DNA of 64,000 bases from Felis catus (lineage: Eukaryota). Shown piece by piece: positions 38,206 to 50,857 of the stretch. The stretch's first letter is position 1; every line of letters starts with the position of its first letter. Position numbers and translations under genes: made by a program. The notes beneath the pieces are model-generated. The model did no database searches. It was not told where the DNA came from and saw nothing but the letters and a program-made list of their open reading frames with translations. The stretch spans positions 152,770,001 through 152,834,000 of the forward strand of contig NC_058368.1 of assembly GCF_018350175.1 (NCBI RefSeq), written 5' to 3'.

Positions 38206-38569
38206 TAAATTTTATGTTTTAAAACACAGTTAAAGCTTAAAATTGCTAACTACATTTGTGTAAGATTTTTCAAGCCTGACATAAAGTATAATTATAAAGT
38301 AATGTATTTAAAATTATGTTATCTAAAAACAGTCTGCCTGGTAATCACTTTTCTTTGTGATCAGTTTGTGTACACTTTAACTCATTTTAAATTCGTATTT
38401 ATTTACATGTCCAATTTTTTCATGTTTTTGGAAATTTGAAAGTTTAATCACTTAAGAATACTTATATCTTGATATGGATATAAAAGAATTCAAATTTTAA
38501 GTATTTGATGAATTTTCCATTGCTTTACATTCACAGGCATTTTCCTCTTTTTAAAAATGTTTTTAATTT

Positions 38570-38860
38570 AATTAATTTAATAACCATTTTTATTTTTATT
38601 ATCTTTTTAAATTATAAAAATTATTCATTATAATTAATATATAACTATATATATTATATATTATATAAATATTAATATATAATATATATTATATATTATT
38701 ATATTACATAAATATTAATATATAATATATAGATGTCTATAATAAATACACATCTATATAAAATATATAATCTTCCTAATTATAATAATTGATCATTATT
38801 ATGGATTATATTAATAAATATATAATATAATAATTAAAATATAAGTTATTATATTAACAT
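38570..38860. repeat. Extreme AT-rich low-complexity tract
   Basis: Degenerate TA/TTA repeats. Confidence 0.9.
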
Positions 38861-38984
38861 TTTTTTCTTAAAAGATTCTTTTTCACAGTGTTTAAAGAAC
38901 TTTCTGCTAATTAGGCAAATTAAACATTAGAGAAAATTGGATTAAGTAGAATTTTCTTTCACTTACATAACGGTCTTTTCCCCC

Positions 38985-39640
38985 ATGTTTTTATTTTGAG
39001 GTATAAACAGTAAAATTCAAAAATCTTAAATACATGGGTCATTAACTTTCAAAATATATATACACCCATGTAACCACACTCAGATTAACATATTGAGTAT
39101 TACCATCACCTAGAAGTTTCTTTCTTCTCTCTTGCCCTCACCAGAGAAACTACTTTCTGGTTTCTGTCATTGAAGACTCGTTTTGCTGATTCTTGAGGTT
39201 CATATAAATAGGTGCCATATAGTATATACTCTTTGTATCTGGCTTCTTTTGGCCTGCGTAGTTTTTGAGATCTATTGAGTTGCAACAGTAGTTCGGGTTT
39301 TTGTTGTTGGCGTTTTTTTGTTCTTTTGTTTTTTGTTTTTTTGAGAGGGAGAGAGAGAGAGAGCTTGAGCAGGGGAGAGTAGCAGAGAAAGAGTGAGAGA
39401 GAGAATTTTAAGCAAGCTCTGTGCTCATTGTGCTGCTTGATGTGGGGCTTGATCTCACAACCATGAGATCATGACCTGAGTCGAAATCAAGAGTTGGATG
39501 CTTAGCCAGCTAAGCATCTTTTTTATTGCTGAGTAGCACTGCACTGAATAGACCAGTATTTGTTTATCCGTCTTTCTTTTGATAAACATGTGGGTTGTTT
39601 CTAATTTGTGCCTACTATGGCTATAATTGCTTTTTTTACA
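38985..39640 (-). mobile_element. Ancient L1M 3' fragment with nested head-truncated Can-SINE (~39295-39516)
   Basis: ttttattttgaggtata..tacacccatgtaaccac..tatctggcttcttt motifs. Confidence 0.7.
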
Positions 39641-39992
39641 GTGACTCTTACACTAGAATGAGACTGATGCAGTTATGTAGCTAGGCAGGATAAAGAGTTA
39701 GCAAACATCAAGACCTAAATTTATTTTTTTAATCTCAACATTATTTTTAAATGTCATAAAATTTATTTTTAGAGACTTCAGTGCAATATATCACAGTGTT
39801 GAAAATCTTGAAAGTGGTAACTTGAAACACTTATAACTATTACATATTATGGGGATCAGGATTAAGATAAAAAAGAAGCGATCTTTTCCAAAATGTATAA
39901 TCTTGTTGTCAAAAATGTTTAGCAGATTTCTTTGTATGTGTATTGCGGAAATACTGAAGTCTAGTAACTTTACCTTTTAATTTTGTTTTCAG

Positions 39993-40168
39993 GCCCTACA
40001 CATTTCTGCCATATTGGACACTGAACCAGAGATGGATGAGCATTTTGTATGCACCTTGTTTAATCCGACTGGAGGTGCTAGACTGGGGGCACATGTTCAA
40101 ACCCTGATAACAGTTTTGCAAAACCAGGCCCCTCTGGGGTTATTCAGTATCTCTGCAGTTGCAAATAG
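39993..40168 (+). CDS. ADGRV1: ADGRV1 exon (~44), ALHISAILDT...ISAVAN
   Basis: tttcag acceptor, TAG|gtatag donor, 176 nt, phase 0->2. Confidence 0.94.
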
Positions 40169-40772
40169 GTATAGTTTATTCATAAGGAAATTGTCAAGTA
40201 GGAAATATCTTTTGACATAAAGAAAATGCAGAGGGAAATTGATCTCTGACTCTTTTAAAGGGTACTTTTAAAATGAGCTCCAGTGGATAGATCCAGAGAG
40301 GTGTTATGCCCTCTTGTGACAAGGAACATCCAAAACCTAATCATGTCCTGTATAATGGTATTATTAGAATTCTTATTTCCTTGGAATTCCCACTTTCAAG
40401 TGAAGGCTTGTACAATTTTGTATTCTCAGTGATGGTAAAAAGCAAGAAATGCTATAAAAATATTTAGCTGTTCAAACCAAATGAATGACTCTTCATACAT
40501 ATATTAACATGATTGTAGTTTGAAATTCCGCTGGAAGCTGACACATATTTGATTTTTTATTTCTTAGAAATACTCTATTTCTTAGAAATACTCCAGTAGA
40601 TCTAGTTTTAGTACTAAACTAATAATTTTTGGATTCATTTTTTTCTTTTTGATATGCTGTTGATTCATATAAGAGGAAACTTAAGAGTGACAAAGCTTTA
40701 TTTTTTAGAATATATAGTATGAAGTTACTGACTCTGGGTATTTCTTAATACTTAAGAATGTACTTAGTATAT

Positions 40773-40994
40773 ATATATATTTTTAAATTTTTTTTTCAAC
40801 GTTTATTTATTTTTGGGACAGAGAGAGAGCATGAACGAGGGAGGGGCAGAGAGAGAGGGAGACACAGAATCGGAAACAGGCTCCAGGCTCCGAGCCATCA
40901 GCCCAGAGCCTGACGCGGGGCTCGAACTCACGGACCGCGAGATCGTGACCTGGTGAAGTCGGACGCTTAACCGACTGCGCCACCCAGGCGCCCC
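40773..40994 (-). mobile_element. Young Can-SINE (SINEC_Fc)
   Basis: Perfect TSD aagaatgtacttagtatat (40754-40772 / 40995-41013); CpGs retained. Confidence 0.95.
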
Positions 40995-41231
40995 AAGAAT
41001 GTACTTAGTATATTTTTAAAACCACAGAATCAGATCATAGTACTTTTTTAATCTTCATAAGTTAATATTTTGAGCTGTAGGGGTCTAATTTTCGTGCTGT
41101 GTGAAATTTGTGGATGGATCTCACCTTGGCTTATGTAAATTTAAAAGTGTATTAAATATATTCTAGCAATGTGATATATATATTCAATATGTAGAAATTA
41201 TATTCTGCTTTCTGTAATCTTTTTTTTTTAG

Positions 41232-41356
41232 AGCCACATTTATAGACGTTGAAGAAGCCAACAGGACTGTATATTTAAACGTGTCACGCACTAATGGCAT
41301 TGATTTAGCTGTGAGTGTGGAGTGGGAGACAGTATCTGAAACAGCCTTTGGCATGA
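41232..41356 (+). CDS. ADGRV1: ADGRV1 exon (~45), RATFIDVEEA...TAFGM (3' end uncertain: 41356, 41360 or 41372)
   Basis: ttttag acceptor, TGA|gtacgt donor, 125 nt, phase 2->1; phase does not match the next acceptor. Confidence 0.85.
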
Positions 41357-41489
41357 GTACGTTTGGTTTCTTGTAAGCACAAAATTTTATAACCGAGAAA
41401 GATCGCATCTATCAGATTTAATTCCCCCCCATGAATTGTATCTTATGGATCTGTTGAAAATGGAGAACAGATGTCTAATTCTTTTATTG

Positions 41490-43000
41490 CAGCCGCAAAT
41501 ATTTATTGAGAGTCTATCATGTGTCAGGCATGATATTGAACTCATGATGCTTAGAATTTAGGAGGAGACAAAAATAAACTCAGTAAGTAAAACTCAGTAT
41601 GTAGTTTAAAACTGTAATAAATGTTTTAAAGGAGTAATTCTAAGTGCTGTGAGAACACGAAGGAGTGCTTCCCAAGAGTATCAGTGTTTGAACAAGGATT
41701 GAATGATGAGTGATGTTGATTCTGCAAAAATCTGAGTTGGAGGAACATGGAGGGAAGGTGGGAAACTATTGAGGCACAAGTCTAGAGGCATAAAAACGTG
41801 TAGAAATGATGAACTGTAGAGTGGTCATCGGAGTTAGAAATAAGTGGGAGAGTTGACTTTGAAGAACTACGTAAGACCTGATCATTGAAGAGCTTGAAGA
41901 ATATGTTAGGTACTTTAGTCTTTATTCTAGGGTTAATGGAAAGTCTCTGAGTGGTTCATGCTTACAGGAGGGTTGCCAGGTATATTTGTGGAGTGGCATA
42001 ATCTCATTTGCATTTCAAAGATATCATTCTTGGTACTGTGTAGAGAATGATTTGGCAAAGAAGAAAAGAGAGGATGAAAGGAGACAAACAAAAGGTCAGC
42101 CTATGGTCGTTTGGACAAAGTGATGGATTGTGTATGAAGGAGATTGCAGAGATAATTACTAGATTTTTAGCTTCTGTGGTTGCATGGAGAGTCATACTTG
42201 CCAGTAAGAAAAGGAGTAATGGATGAGGGCTAGGTGTTATTTTGGTGAGAGGGAGTTAAATATGTGATTTAACACATTTTGAATATGAGTTACTTTTGAG
42301 AAGACACTTCTCTAGACTCAAAGGAACAGAAACTTTTGCAGAGATAAATTTGGATATCTTTAGTGTGTATGTTGTATTTAAAATCATGGAAATTCATGTA
42401 AAAACCTGGAAAGAGGGACTGTAGGTAGAGAAGGGAGGAGGACCCAGACTGAGCTCTGAGAAGGCTCAAATTGAGTTACTAGGTAGAGGAAGAGGATGAA
42501 GCATAGGAGACATAGAAGACCTAGTGTGAGAAACCCAAGGGAATGTGGGATTGCAGACAGCAGCAGAAGAGTGTTTGAAAAAGGAAGGAGTGGTAACTGT
42601 GTTAGTTGCTGGTGTAGAAGCCCAGTAAGATAAAAACCAAAAAAATGTCTATTGTGGTTAGCAATAGAGAAGGAATAAAATAGCAAGAGCTATTTGTATA
42701 GAGGGATAGGAACTGAAATGACATTTTGAATGGAGGTAAGGGAATGGAGACCTCAAATATATGTAACTGTTTGAGGTTTGACTGAGAAGGTAGGACCTAG
42801 CAAAGGTAGTGATGTGGTGTAGGACTCAAGGGGTTTTGTTTATTCATTTGTTTAGTTTGGAGAGACCTAAGCATATTTAAATGCTGACGGAAAAGGCCTA
42901 GTAAGTAGAGAAAGAGCGAATATTTAAAATGGAAAGGGTTAGTAGCGGTATAATTTTCTAAAAGACAGGAGGTGATAGGATCCAAAAAGGAAAGAGTATG
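41490..43000 (-). mobile_element. Degenerate L2
   Basis: caaatatttattgagagtctatcatgtgtcaggca 3' end and purine-rich body. Confidence 0.55.
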
Positions 43001-43772
43001 ATTTCTAATTCAGTTATCTCATTATGGTTTGGAATCTGCATGTGTTTTTGGAAGTACTTGTGAGGGTGTATGTTGGAGATTCTTAAATGTCAGCATTATT
43101 TATTTTTCATTCACCATCTTCCTGCATTATGGTAGGGAAGGATTAGGCCAGATGGTAAGGACCTTAATGTAAAACATTCAGACTCTTAATGCGAAAGCTG
43201 TGGTGTACCTTTAAAAGATGACAGTAGGAATTTAGAATACTTGTTTTTTAGGAAAGGAAATAACTTTGAGGCATTGACATGACTTCTTGAACTGGTAATC
43301 TGAAAATGATCAATAATTTATAAGGAGCCTAGATTTCAACCTTGACATTTATTCTTATTGTTCACACATTAGCTAAAGTTTAAAAAGAAATTTCTTTGGG
43401 AAACTGGTATGATAATAAAACGTAGAGCTTTTTAAAAATTATTGTTCATGGGATAGGGATTTTTTTTGTCTTTGTTTAAATGTGCAAAATTTTGGGACAT
43501 GTGCCTGTGATAAGTTGACTAAAAACTTGACAGCTATTTAAAGTAGGTGAGTCTGTTTTGGTGTTCTTAAATATAGAATGTGTAAAGCAAGAAATCAGTG
43601 GATGGGCATAGTTTCAAATTAACAGTGTAAGTTTTTAAAACTAAACATTTAGTGTGTTTCTATAAAACGAGATTATTTAAACATTTCTCAATTATATTTT
43701 CATCATCTTTATGAAAGTTGATAAAAATCATGTTGAGCATATTTCCCTTTAAAATATACATTTAGTATTTTA

Positions 43773-43991
43773 GGGGTGCCTAGGTGGCTCAGTCGGTTAA
43801 GTGTCCGACTTCGGCTCAGGTCATGATCTCGCGGTTCATGGGTTTGAGCCCCGCGTTGGGCTCTGTGCTGACAGCTCAGAGCCTAGAGCCTGCTTCAGAT
43901 TCTGTGCCTCGCTCTCTGTCTGCCCCTTCCCCACTCACTCTCTGTGTCTCTCTTTCTCTCTCTCAAAAATAAATAAACATTAAAACATTTT
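43773..43991 (+). mobile_element. Can-SINE (SINEC_Fc)
   Basis: Perfect TSD aaaatatacatttagtatttta (43751-43772 / 43992-44013). Confidence 0.95.
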
Positions 43992-44240
43992 AAAATATAC
44001 ATTTAGTATTTTAAATGCACTTTGGAAAGGTCTATGTAGATTTAGAATAGAGTTTTAACAATTTTTAAAAGTTGTTATTTTTAGTTATTTTTTAAATTCT
44101 CTGGCTTATATTTTTTGTCTTATACACACACACCATTTATGTCTTGTAACAAACTCAATAGTTGAACTGTTTAAACAATAAACTTGGCATAAAGATTTGA
44201 AGGGGTTTTACATTGGCAAATCATGATTTATGTTTTTCAG

Positions 44241-44397
44241 GGGAATGGATGCTGTGTTTTCCATAGTTCAAAGTTTTTTGGATGCATCACCTTCTGGTTG
44301 GTGTTTCTTTATTTTGGAAGATTCAATTTATGGTGTAATGTTAAGAAAAGTGTCTTCTACTATTTATCGATGGCAAGGGATTTTTATACCACTTGAG
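44241..44397 (+). CDS. ADGRV1: ADGRV1 exon (~46), start of EAR region, GMDAVFSIVQ...FIPLE (5' end uncertain)
   Basis: tttcag acceptor, GAG|gtaaac donor, 157 nt; needs upstream phase 2; ORF 44230..44487. Confidence 0.85.
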
Positions 44398-44487
44398 GTA
44401 AACATCAGTCATTTTATAGTACATAAAATAAAATGTACATGTAAAAATCAGATGACTCATGAATTACTGTTATTCCTTATTTCCTAG

Positions 44488-44634
44488 GATTTAAATATAG
44501 AAAATCCTAAAACTTGTGAGGCATTTAATATTGGTGTTTCCCCTTACTTTGTGATTACTCATGAAGAAAGAAATGAAGAAAAGCCTTCCGTTATCAGTGT
44601 GTATACATTCACATCTGGATTCAAATTATTCTTG
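44488..44634 (+). CDS. ADGRV1: ADGRV1 exon (~47), EAR region, DLNIENPKTC...FKLFL
   Basis: tcctag acceptor, TTG|gtaaaa donor, 147 nt, phase 0->0; preceded by a 90-nt intron. Confidence 0.94.
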
Positions 44635-44954
44635 GTAAAAAATGTCTTCATTTTTTGTAGATTGCTTTATTTAAAAGGAAAATCAGATTTGTAAGATCTA
44701 AGTGGAAGATGATACATGTTCTATATTAATATGAAAAGAAGCTTTTTGCAAGTTGATACACATTTTAGCAGAGTGACTTTATCCGGGATATTTTTGTCTG
44801 TCTTGAAATGACACCTAAGTATGCATTCCTAGTGTTCAGAATGATTTTTAAAATTTTGAACTTCAAATATTACTCATACTATTAGTGTATTAGAGCCTTT
44901 CCTAGTTAAATTCGCCTTTAAATATTTTTTCCCATGGTCTTATCTTCCTTGCAG

Positions 44955-45062
44955 GTACAAACGATCATTATTTCGGAAAGTTCTCAAGTAAAATATTTTA
45001 GTTCAGACAATCAAGATTATTTAATTGTTGCAAGTCAAAGAGATGATTCTGAATTAACTCAG
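44955..45062 (+). CDS. ADGRV1: ADGRV1 exon (~48), EAR region, VQTIIISESS...SELTQ
   Basis: ttgcag acceptor, CAG|gtttga donor, 108 nt, phase 0->0. Confidence 0.93.
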
Positions 45063-45399
45063 GTTTGATTCTTTTAAAATGAATTTTTAAAAAATACTCT
45101 ATTTGAAACTCGTCAAAGGTGTAGTCTGTAAATTTAGTGTAAAAAAATCCCATTATTTGATGGTGGTAAAATAGTAAAGTAGAATGTAGATATTAATTAT
45201 TCACAGTTAATTTTTAAACATTGGAATTATAAATATTGTCTTCAAGAGGCAGACCAAGTGCAGTAATAAGCATGAACATTTAATTAGAGTTTAATGGCGT
45301 TGGAAAACATTATGCAGAAAAATCATGTAACTGGACAGATGGTATCACTAATAATTCATGATTAGCATTGCCAAATGGGCGCTTAACATCACCCCCAGA

Positions 45400-47440
45400 A
45401 ATTCCACATTTCTCTAATTAACTACATCTCATAATCCTAATAATACTTATTTGATAATTTTCTCACTCCTCTGACTCACTTACCTGCTTCTCATTGCATT
45501 TTCAGCTGATGACTTTGTTGAAATGAAATCTACCAGAAAGGAGCTTAGTCATCTTGCCAAGACCAAATTCAGAAACCTTCTTGAAACCCAGTCTTGTTCC
45601 TCCATCCCGTTATGGAAAAAGTTTTCCTTCTATAACAACCAGGCTCCTCTTGCCATAAGAAGGTTTAGTTATTCCCCTTGTGTCTGGCATCACTAGTGTC
45701 TCTCTCTGTCAAATTATTGCAATCAGTGTAAATGCAGGATCTCCAGGTTTCAAAATAAATTTCTCTCCTGATCTCACCCCCTTCTACCTTCTGTTTCATT
45801 TCTTTTCTCCCTTCTGTAGTAAGACACGGTGAAAGAATTGTCTACCAGCTTTTGTCTTTCCTCATGGTCATTGATGACAGCTGGGTTACAAATTCACTGG
45901 ATGTTTTTTTGGTCATTGTCTTATGCTGCTTCCTATTAGCATGTGACAGTTACCTCATCCTCAAATTTAAACTGTCTCTTCTCTTCATTTCTTTTTTTTT
46001 TAATTTTTTTAATATTTATTCTTGAGAGAGAGAGTGAGACAGAGCATGAGCAGGGGAGGGACAGAGAGAGCCAGGGAGACACAGAATCCGAAGCAGGCTC
46101 TAATCTCTGAGCCAGCAGCACAAAGACTGATGTGGGGTTCGAACTCATGAACAATGAGATCATGACCTGAGCCGAAGTCAGATGCTTAACCAGTTGAGCC
46201 ACCCAGACACCCCTCTTCTCTTCATTTCTGAAATACCACACAGGTTTGCCTTCTGTCTCTCTGTGTCACCCTTTTCAGTTTCCACCGCCAGTTGCTCCTC
46301 CCTTTTCTGAATTTAGATATCTTGGTGTTTTTCAGTTTTAGTGTTTGTTCAAATTTCTTTTTCTTTTTGTCCAATCCAGGTACTTTTATCAATCCTGTGC
46401 CTTTAGGTGTCAGCTATAGGCTGTCTTCCAATTTTCTTGGTAGCCTTTTCTCTAATTTCTAGACTTACATATCTAACTTCTTGTTGGCATCACTCCGTAA
46501 GTACCTAAGTTTAATAACATATCCCAAACTTAACTTTGATTTTCTCTTTGACACTTGTTGCAATGCTTGCTTTCATCTCAGGAAATAGCAACCTCATAAA
46601 TGCAATTGCTCAAGACCAAATGCTGGCATTCATCTTTCTTGATTACTCATTTTTATTCATTCACATCTAATTTATAACTGTTTTTGATTATTTCTCCTAG
46701 TTATGTTTTGAATACAGACATTTCTTTCCATCTCTTATCCTCACTGCCTAGTCCAGGTCCTGTCATTTCTCTCCCACACTTTTGGAGTAGCCTCCCAGCT
46801 GCTCTCAGAACTTCTCTGACTCCTCACATCCCTTATCCATCAAGTAGCTGGAGCAGTCTTTTAAAAATAATATTTCATATTATTCCTCATTTTAAAACTA
46901 TTCAGTGATTTCTAATTATATGTAAAATAAATTCTAAGTTATTTAATAATGGACTATAAGTAGCATAACTATATTTCTGTATCCACTCAACACAGGACTG
47001 GATTATGTCAATACTGTCCCTTTTGCTCTGTAAAGGATCCCAGTGATAAATTATATGGTCATCTTCACAAAAGATATCTCATGATCTTACCTCTCCAGTC
47101 TTACTGTCTTCATTCGTTAGCACTATCAACTTCCTTCTAGTTGGACCATTCTTCATTCAGCTTATGACAAACATTTTTTGCCTTAGAAATTTTCCCATGT
47201 CATTCATTGTCATTCTTTCCAACTTTATTTCCCTAGTACACCCATAATTCTCTATCATGTCATCCAAGTTGTTATCTTCAGCATTTGTCTCAATTGAATA
47301 ATCATACATTTATTTATCAGTGTGTTTATTGTTTGCCTTTTCCTAACAGTTAGTAAGATCCATAAGGGAGAGGCCACTCTATCCATAATTCCTAGCATAA
47401 TGCCAGTCTCACATAAGATTTCCAGTTGTTGACTGAATAA
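45400..47440 (+). mobile_element. Degenerate L2 with nested SINE
   Basis: Pyrimidine-rich body ending ...gttgactgaataaat. Confidence 0.5.
45992..46213 (-). mobile_element. Can-SINE (SINEC_Fc)
   Basis: TSD tcttctcttcatttct. Confidence 0.93.
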
Positions 47441-47788
47441 ATATAATTCTGCAATTGACCAGATTGTGTAAGAAACCAGGTAGATTCAGGATCTTCTTTT
47501 AATTTTAAATAGTGAACACTCACCTTAAAACCTTGTATGCATTGCCACCTTCAGGACTAAAAATTTTTGGTGTTTCTTTTTATATTCTATTGCTTGAACA
47601 GTGGATAAGGAATGATATTACAGCATCAGAAGGTTTCTTACCCACAACTGAAATTTTCATATATAAGTAACTTCTCTCCTGTTTTTAGCTTTCCTTTTCT
47701 CTTTCTGTGACTTGCCCCTATCCAGATGTATATTTGAAATTGATTTATTTTCATATAACTTCTTTTTCACTCATTCTCTGTGTGTGCT

Positions 47789-47791
<3 letters not shown>

Positions 47792-47828
<37 letters not shown>
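47792..47828. repeat. (CA)n microsatellite
   Basis: Direct reading. Confidence 0.95.
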
Positions 47829-47831
<3 letters not shown>

Positions 47832-47990
47832 CAGTGACAGAGTGTCAGTTTTGATATTTTCTCATTTATGAAAGTATCCTCCTAACTAAATAAAGGGTAC
47901 CAGGAGAGTAAATAAATGATATTGGTTAAAAATCACACAAGTACTAAATTCCTACTCATGAAGGGTTTTGTATTTGAACATTTCCCACAG

Positions 47991-48255
47991 GTCTTCAGAT
48001 GGAGTGGAGAAAGCTTCACCTTGCATCAGACACTTCCTGTCCGAGGTGTGCTGAGCATAGCCTTGTTCACCCGAAGAGGCTCTGTGTTCTTAGCCATTTC
48101 CCAGGTTAATGCCAGGCTAAATTCCCTTTTACTCAGATGGTCTGGCAGTGAGTTTATTAACTTTCAAGAAGTGCCAATTAGTGGGACAACACAAGTTGAG
48201 GCCTTGACTTCAGGAGATGATATTTACTTAATCTTTGCCAAAACTCTCTCTCTAG
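47991..48255 (+). CDS. ADGRV1: ADGRV1 exon (~49), EAR repeats, VFRWSGESF...AKTLSL
   Basis: ccacag acceptor, TAG|gtaaga donor, 265 nt, phase 0->1; RW.G..F...Q.LP motifs. Confidence 0.95.
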
Positions 48256-48376
48256 GTAAGAAGATATTAGCGTTTGCCATATATAAATTGTGGTTGAAAT
48301 TATATAGCATTCATATAGTAGGATCTTTATGAAAACACGTAGCTCTTGGAATAATTTTTTAGCTAATCCATTTCTT

Positions 48377-48591
48377 CTTTTCTTTAATGTTTATTTTGAG
48401 AGAGAGGGAGCATGTGCCCACACGTGTGCAGGGGGAGGGGCAGAGAGAGGGAGGAAAGAGAGAATCCCAAGCAGGATCTGCACTGTGAATGCGGAGCCTA
48501 GTGCGGGTCTCCATCCCATGAACCGTGAGATCATGACCTTAGCCAAAACCAAGAGTCAGATGCTCAACTGACTGAGCTGCCCAGGTGCCCC
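48377..48591 (-). mobile_element. Can-SINE
   Basis: TSD agctaatccatttctt (48361-48376 / 48592-48607). Confidence 0.93.
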
Positions 48592-49214
48592 AGCTAATCC
48601 ATTTCTTGATGGATAAGGTATTGACTGTCAGCTACAAATGGATTTTAGGGGGAAAAAACAGATTTTAAGTGTTATATGTATAATCTTTAGATGACAAACT
48701 ATCACATTAAAGTTATATTAAAATTTGGGATGGGTATGTAAAGTGGAAAGATCTATGAAGATCTTATATCAGAAGTGCAAACAGATAACATTTTATGTGA
48801 CTGTACTTGGGGAGCCGTGGGTAATTTATAGTAGTAATAAATAGTGCTCAGCGACTTTTGATAAGACTTTCAAAATATTCTCTGAGTATGAATATGCTTT
48901 CTTTTGCCTAGTGGAACTTTCTTAGGTAAAACTTAAGCATTCCTAAAAAAACAAACGTGTGTCACTGTTCTTTAATATCAGATCATGATTTGATTAAGCA
49001 GTGGCCATACTTCATGTAGTAAATGCAAAAAAACATTTGAAGTGTTTCCTACCAAGTTGTGTTATTATTTAAATAAATGAATTTGGAGGAATGTCCTAAC
49101 TAAATTTGTTTTTAAATTAAATTAAATATTTTTATAATTTTTTTACTGTGTAATTTCGTCATTTTTTTCCTGTAACTTTTGCCTTCAGATTTGGCTTTTA
49201 TTCCATTATTGTAG

Positions 49215-49337
49215 GAAATCAGAATTCAATTGATATTTTCATCTGGGAGACAGGACAGTCTTCTTTCAGATATTTTCAATCCCTGGATTTTACTACCATT
49301 AATAGGATCTACGCCTTTACACCAGCTTCAGGAATAG
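49215..49337 (+). CDS. ADGRV1: ADGRV1 exon (~50), EAR repeat, GNQNSIDIFIW...PASGI
   Basis: ttgtag acceptor, TAG|gtaagg donor, 123 nt, phase 1->1. Confidence 0.94.
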   Translation, partial: EIRIQLIFSSGRQDSLLSDIFNPWILLPLIGSTPLHQLQE

Positions 49338-50249
49338 GTAAGGGTGTTTAAACTAGTCTGAAATGCAATGTAGAAAGCTAGAATAATTTTAATCTTGTTG
49401 AGTTAGAGATAGTATCACTTTGCCAGACACTGGGTCTTTTAATAAGGATCTAAAATCAAGATCTTAACAGTACTATTTCTGGAAATCCTAGAAATTCAAA
49501 AGGACTAATAGTTTTAAATGGGAATTGTGCTTGAGAAGAATCAGAATAACTGAAATGTGTTATTTTAGACATAATAGTGAGCATTAGTGAACATATTAGT
49601 GAGCAGACAACATTAGTGAAGGATAAAGTAATACATTTATTTTGTCTAGAGAAAAATGAAGAGTGACATTGCATATAGTGTATATTTTAAATATGAAAGT
49701 ATAAAAGGATAACAGGTATCTGCATTGAAGTATTTTTAAAAAGTCAGAAAATGGCTGTTCACTCTCCCATCCTTCTTCCAGTATGATCCTTTCTTGACTT
49801 TCTGTGCTTTAATATACACATCAGAAACATAAGCAGTATTTTTACTCACAGTTGTTACAGAAACAAAAGTCAGTTAGTGAGAAACCAAGGGGTGAATGCT
49901 GTCTGGAGGCTGTAGGAGCGCGGGGTTGGTTATTGCAGGGTTGGGGAAGAATCATTTAGGTGGACCAGTGGCAACAAGGCATAGAGGCCAGCAGCACTTG
50001 GCCTATTGAGCTTGTGGGGCTGCCTCCCCGAACAGGTGTGAACAATGCAGGGAGCAGGCTCACTGAGTCATCATGTCTCCTGTTAGGGTGCCCAGAGGAA
50101 CTTGGAAGCCAAACCAAGTGACTTAGCAGGTGAGTCTGGATCAAAGCCTCACTTTTAAACTGAGACATAGGAATTTTGTATGGATCAAACAGCACCATTT
50201 ATTATTAGCCATTATATATAAGTTATTGTTTAAGGTTATGAAGAATTCT

Positions 50250-50304
50250 TTCTTTTTTTAAATTTTTTTCAAGTTTATTTATTTATTTTAATGGGCAGGG
50301 GAGT

Positions 50305-50355
<51 letters not shown>

Positions 50356-50482
50356 TACCAAGCAAGTTTTGTGCTGTCATCACAGAACCCTATGCAGGGC
50401 TCGATCCCATGAACTGTGAGATTATGACCTGAGCCAAAATCAAGAATTGGACGCTTAACTGACTGAGCCACCCAGGCACCCC
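50250..50482 (-). mobile_element. Can-SINE
   Basis: TSD gttatgaagaattct; (GA)n. Confidence 0.92.
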
Positions 50483-50857
50483 TAAAGTTATGAAGAATTC
50501 TGTATCTTCAAAGGTCTGGTTGGAGAAGCAAGAAAAATATTAAGATAATAATTCAAGATAGAATTCTAGTCCTATTTGCTCTGTCATTGGTGGAATTGAA
50601 GTGGGTAAGAGGTATCAGAGGGGAGCTTGAGCTCGACCTGGGTGGGCTGGTAGGCAATGTTGTGCGCAGGAGGGAAGGTGTGAGCAAAAGAGAAAAGTGG
50701 AAGTAGACATGATGCTGAGGGCACAGTGAGTCAACCAGAGTGGTAGGGACAGAGGATTTGACTCAGCGTAGTGGTGGTAAGGTTCAAAACACACTAGCAT
50801 CTATACAAGAAGGTCTGGAATGTCAGGTTCAGGATTTGATATGTGTTTGGATGGTTC

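Noticed and set aside
40558..40593. 18-bp tandem duplication tatttcttagaaatactc x2 (similar short near-repeats at ~53727-53768 and ~62247-62300)
   Set aside because: Ordinary slippage-type duplications with no sign of function.
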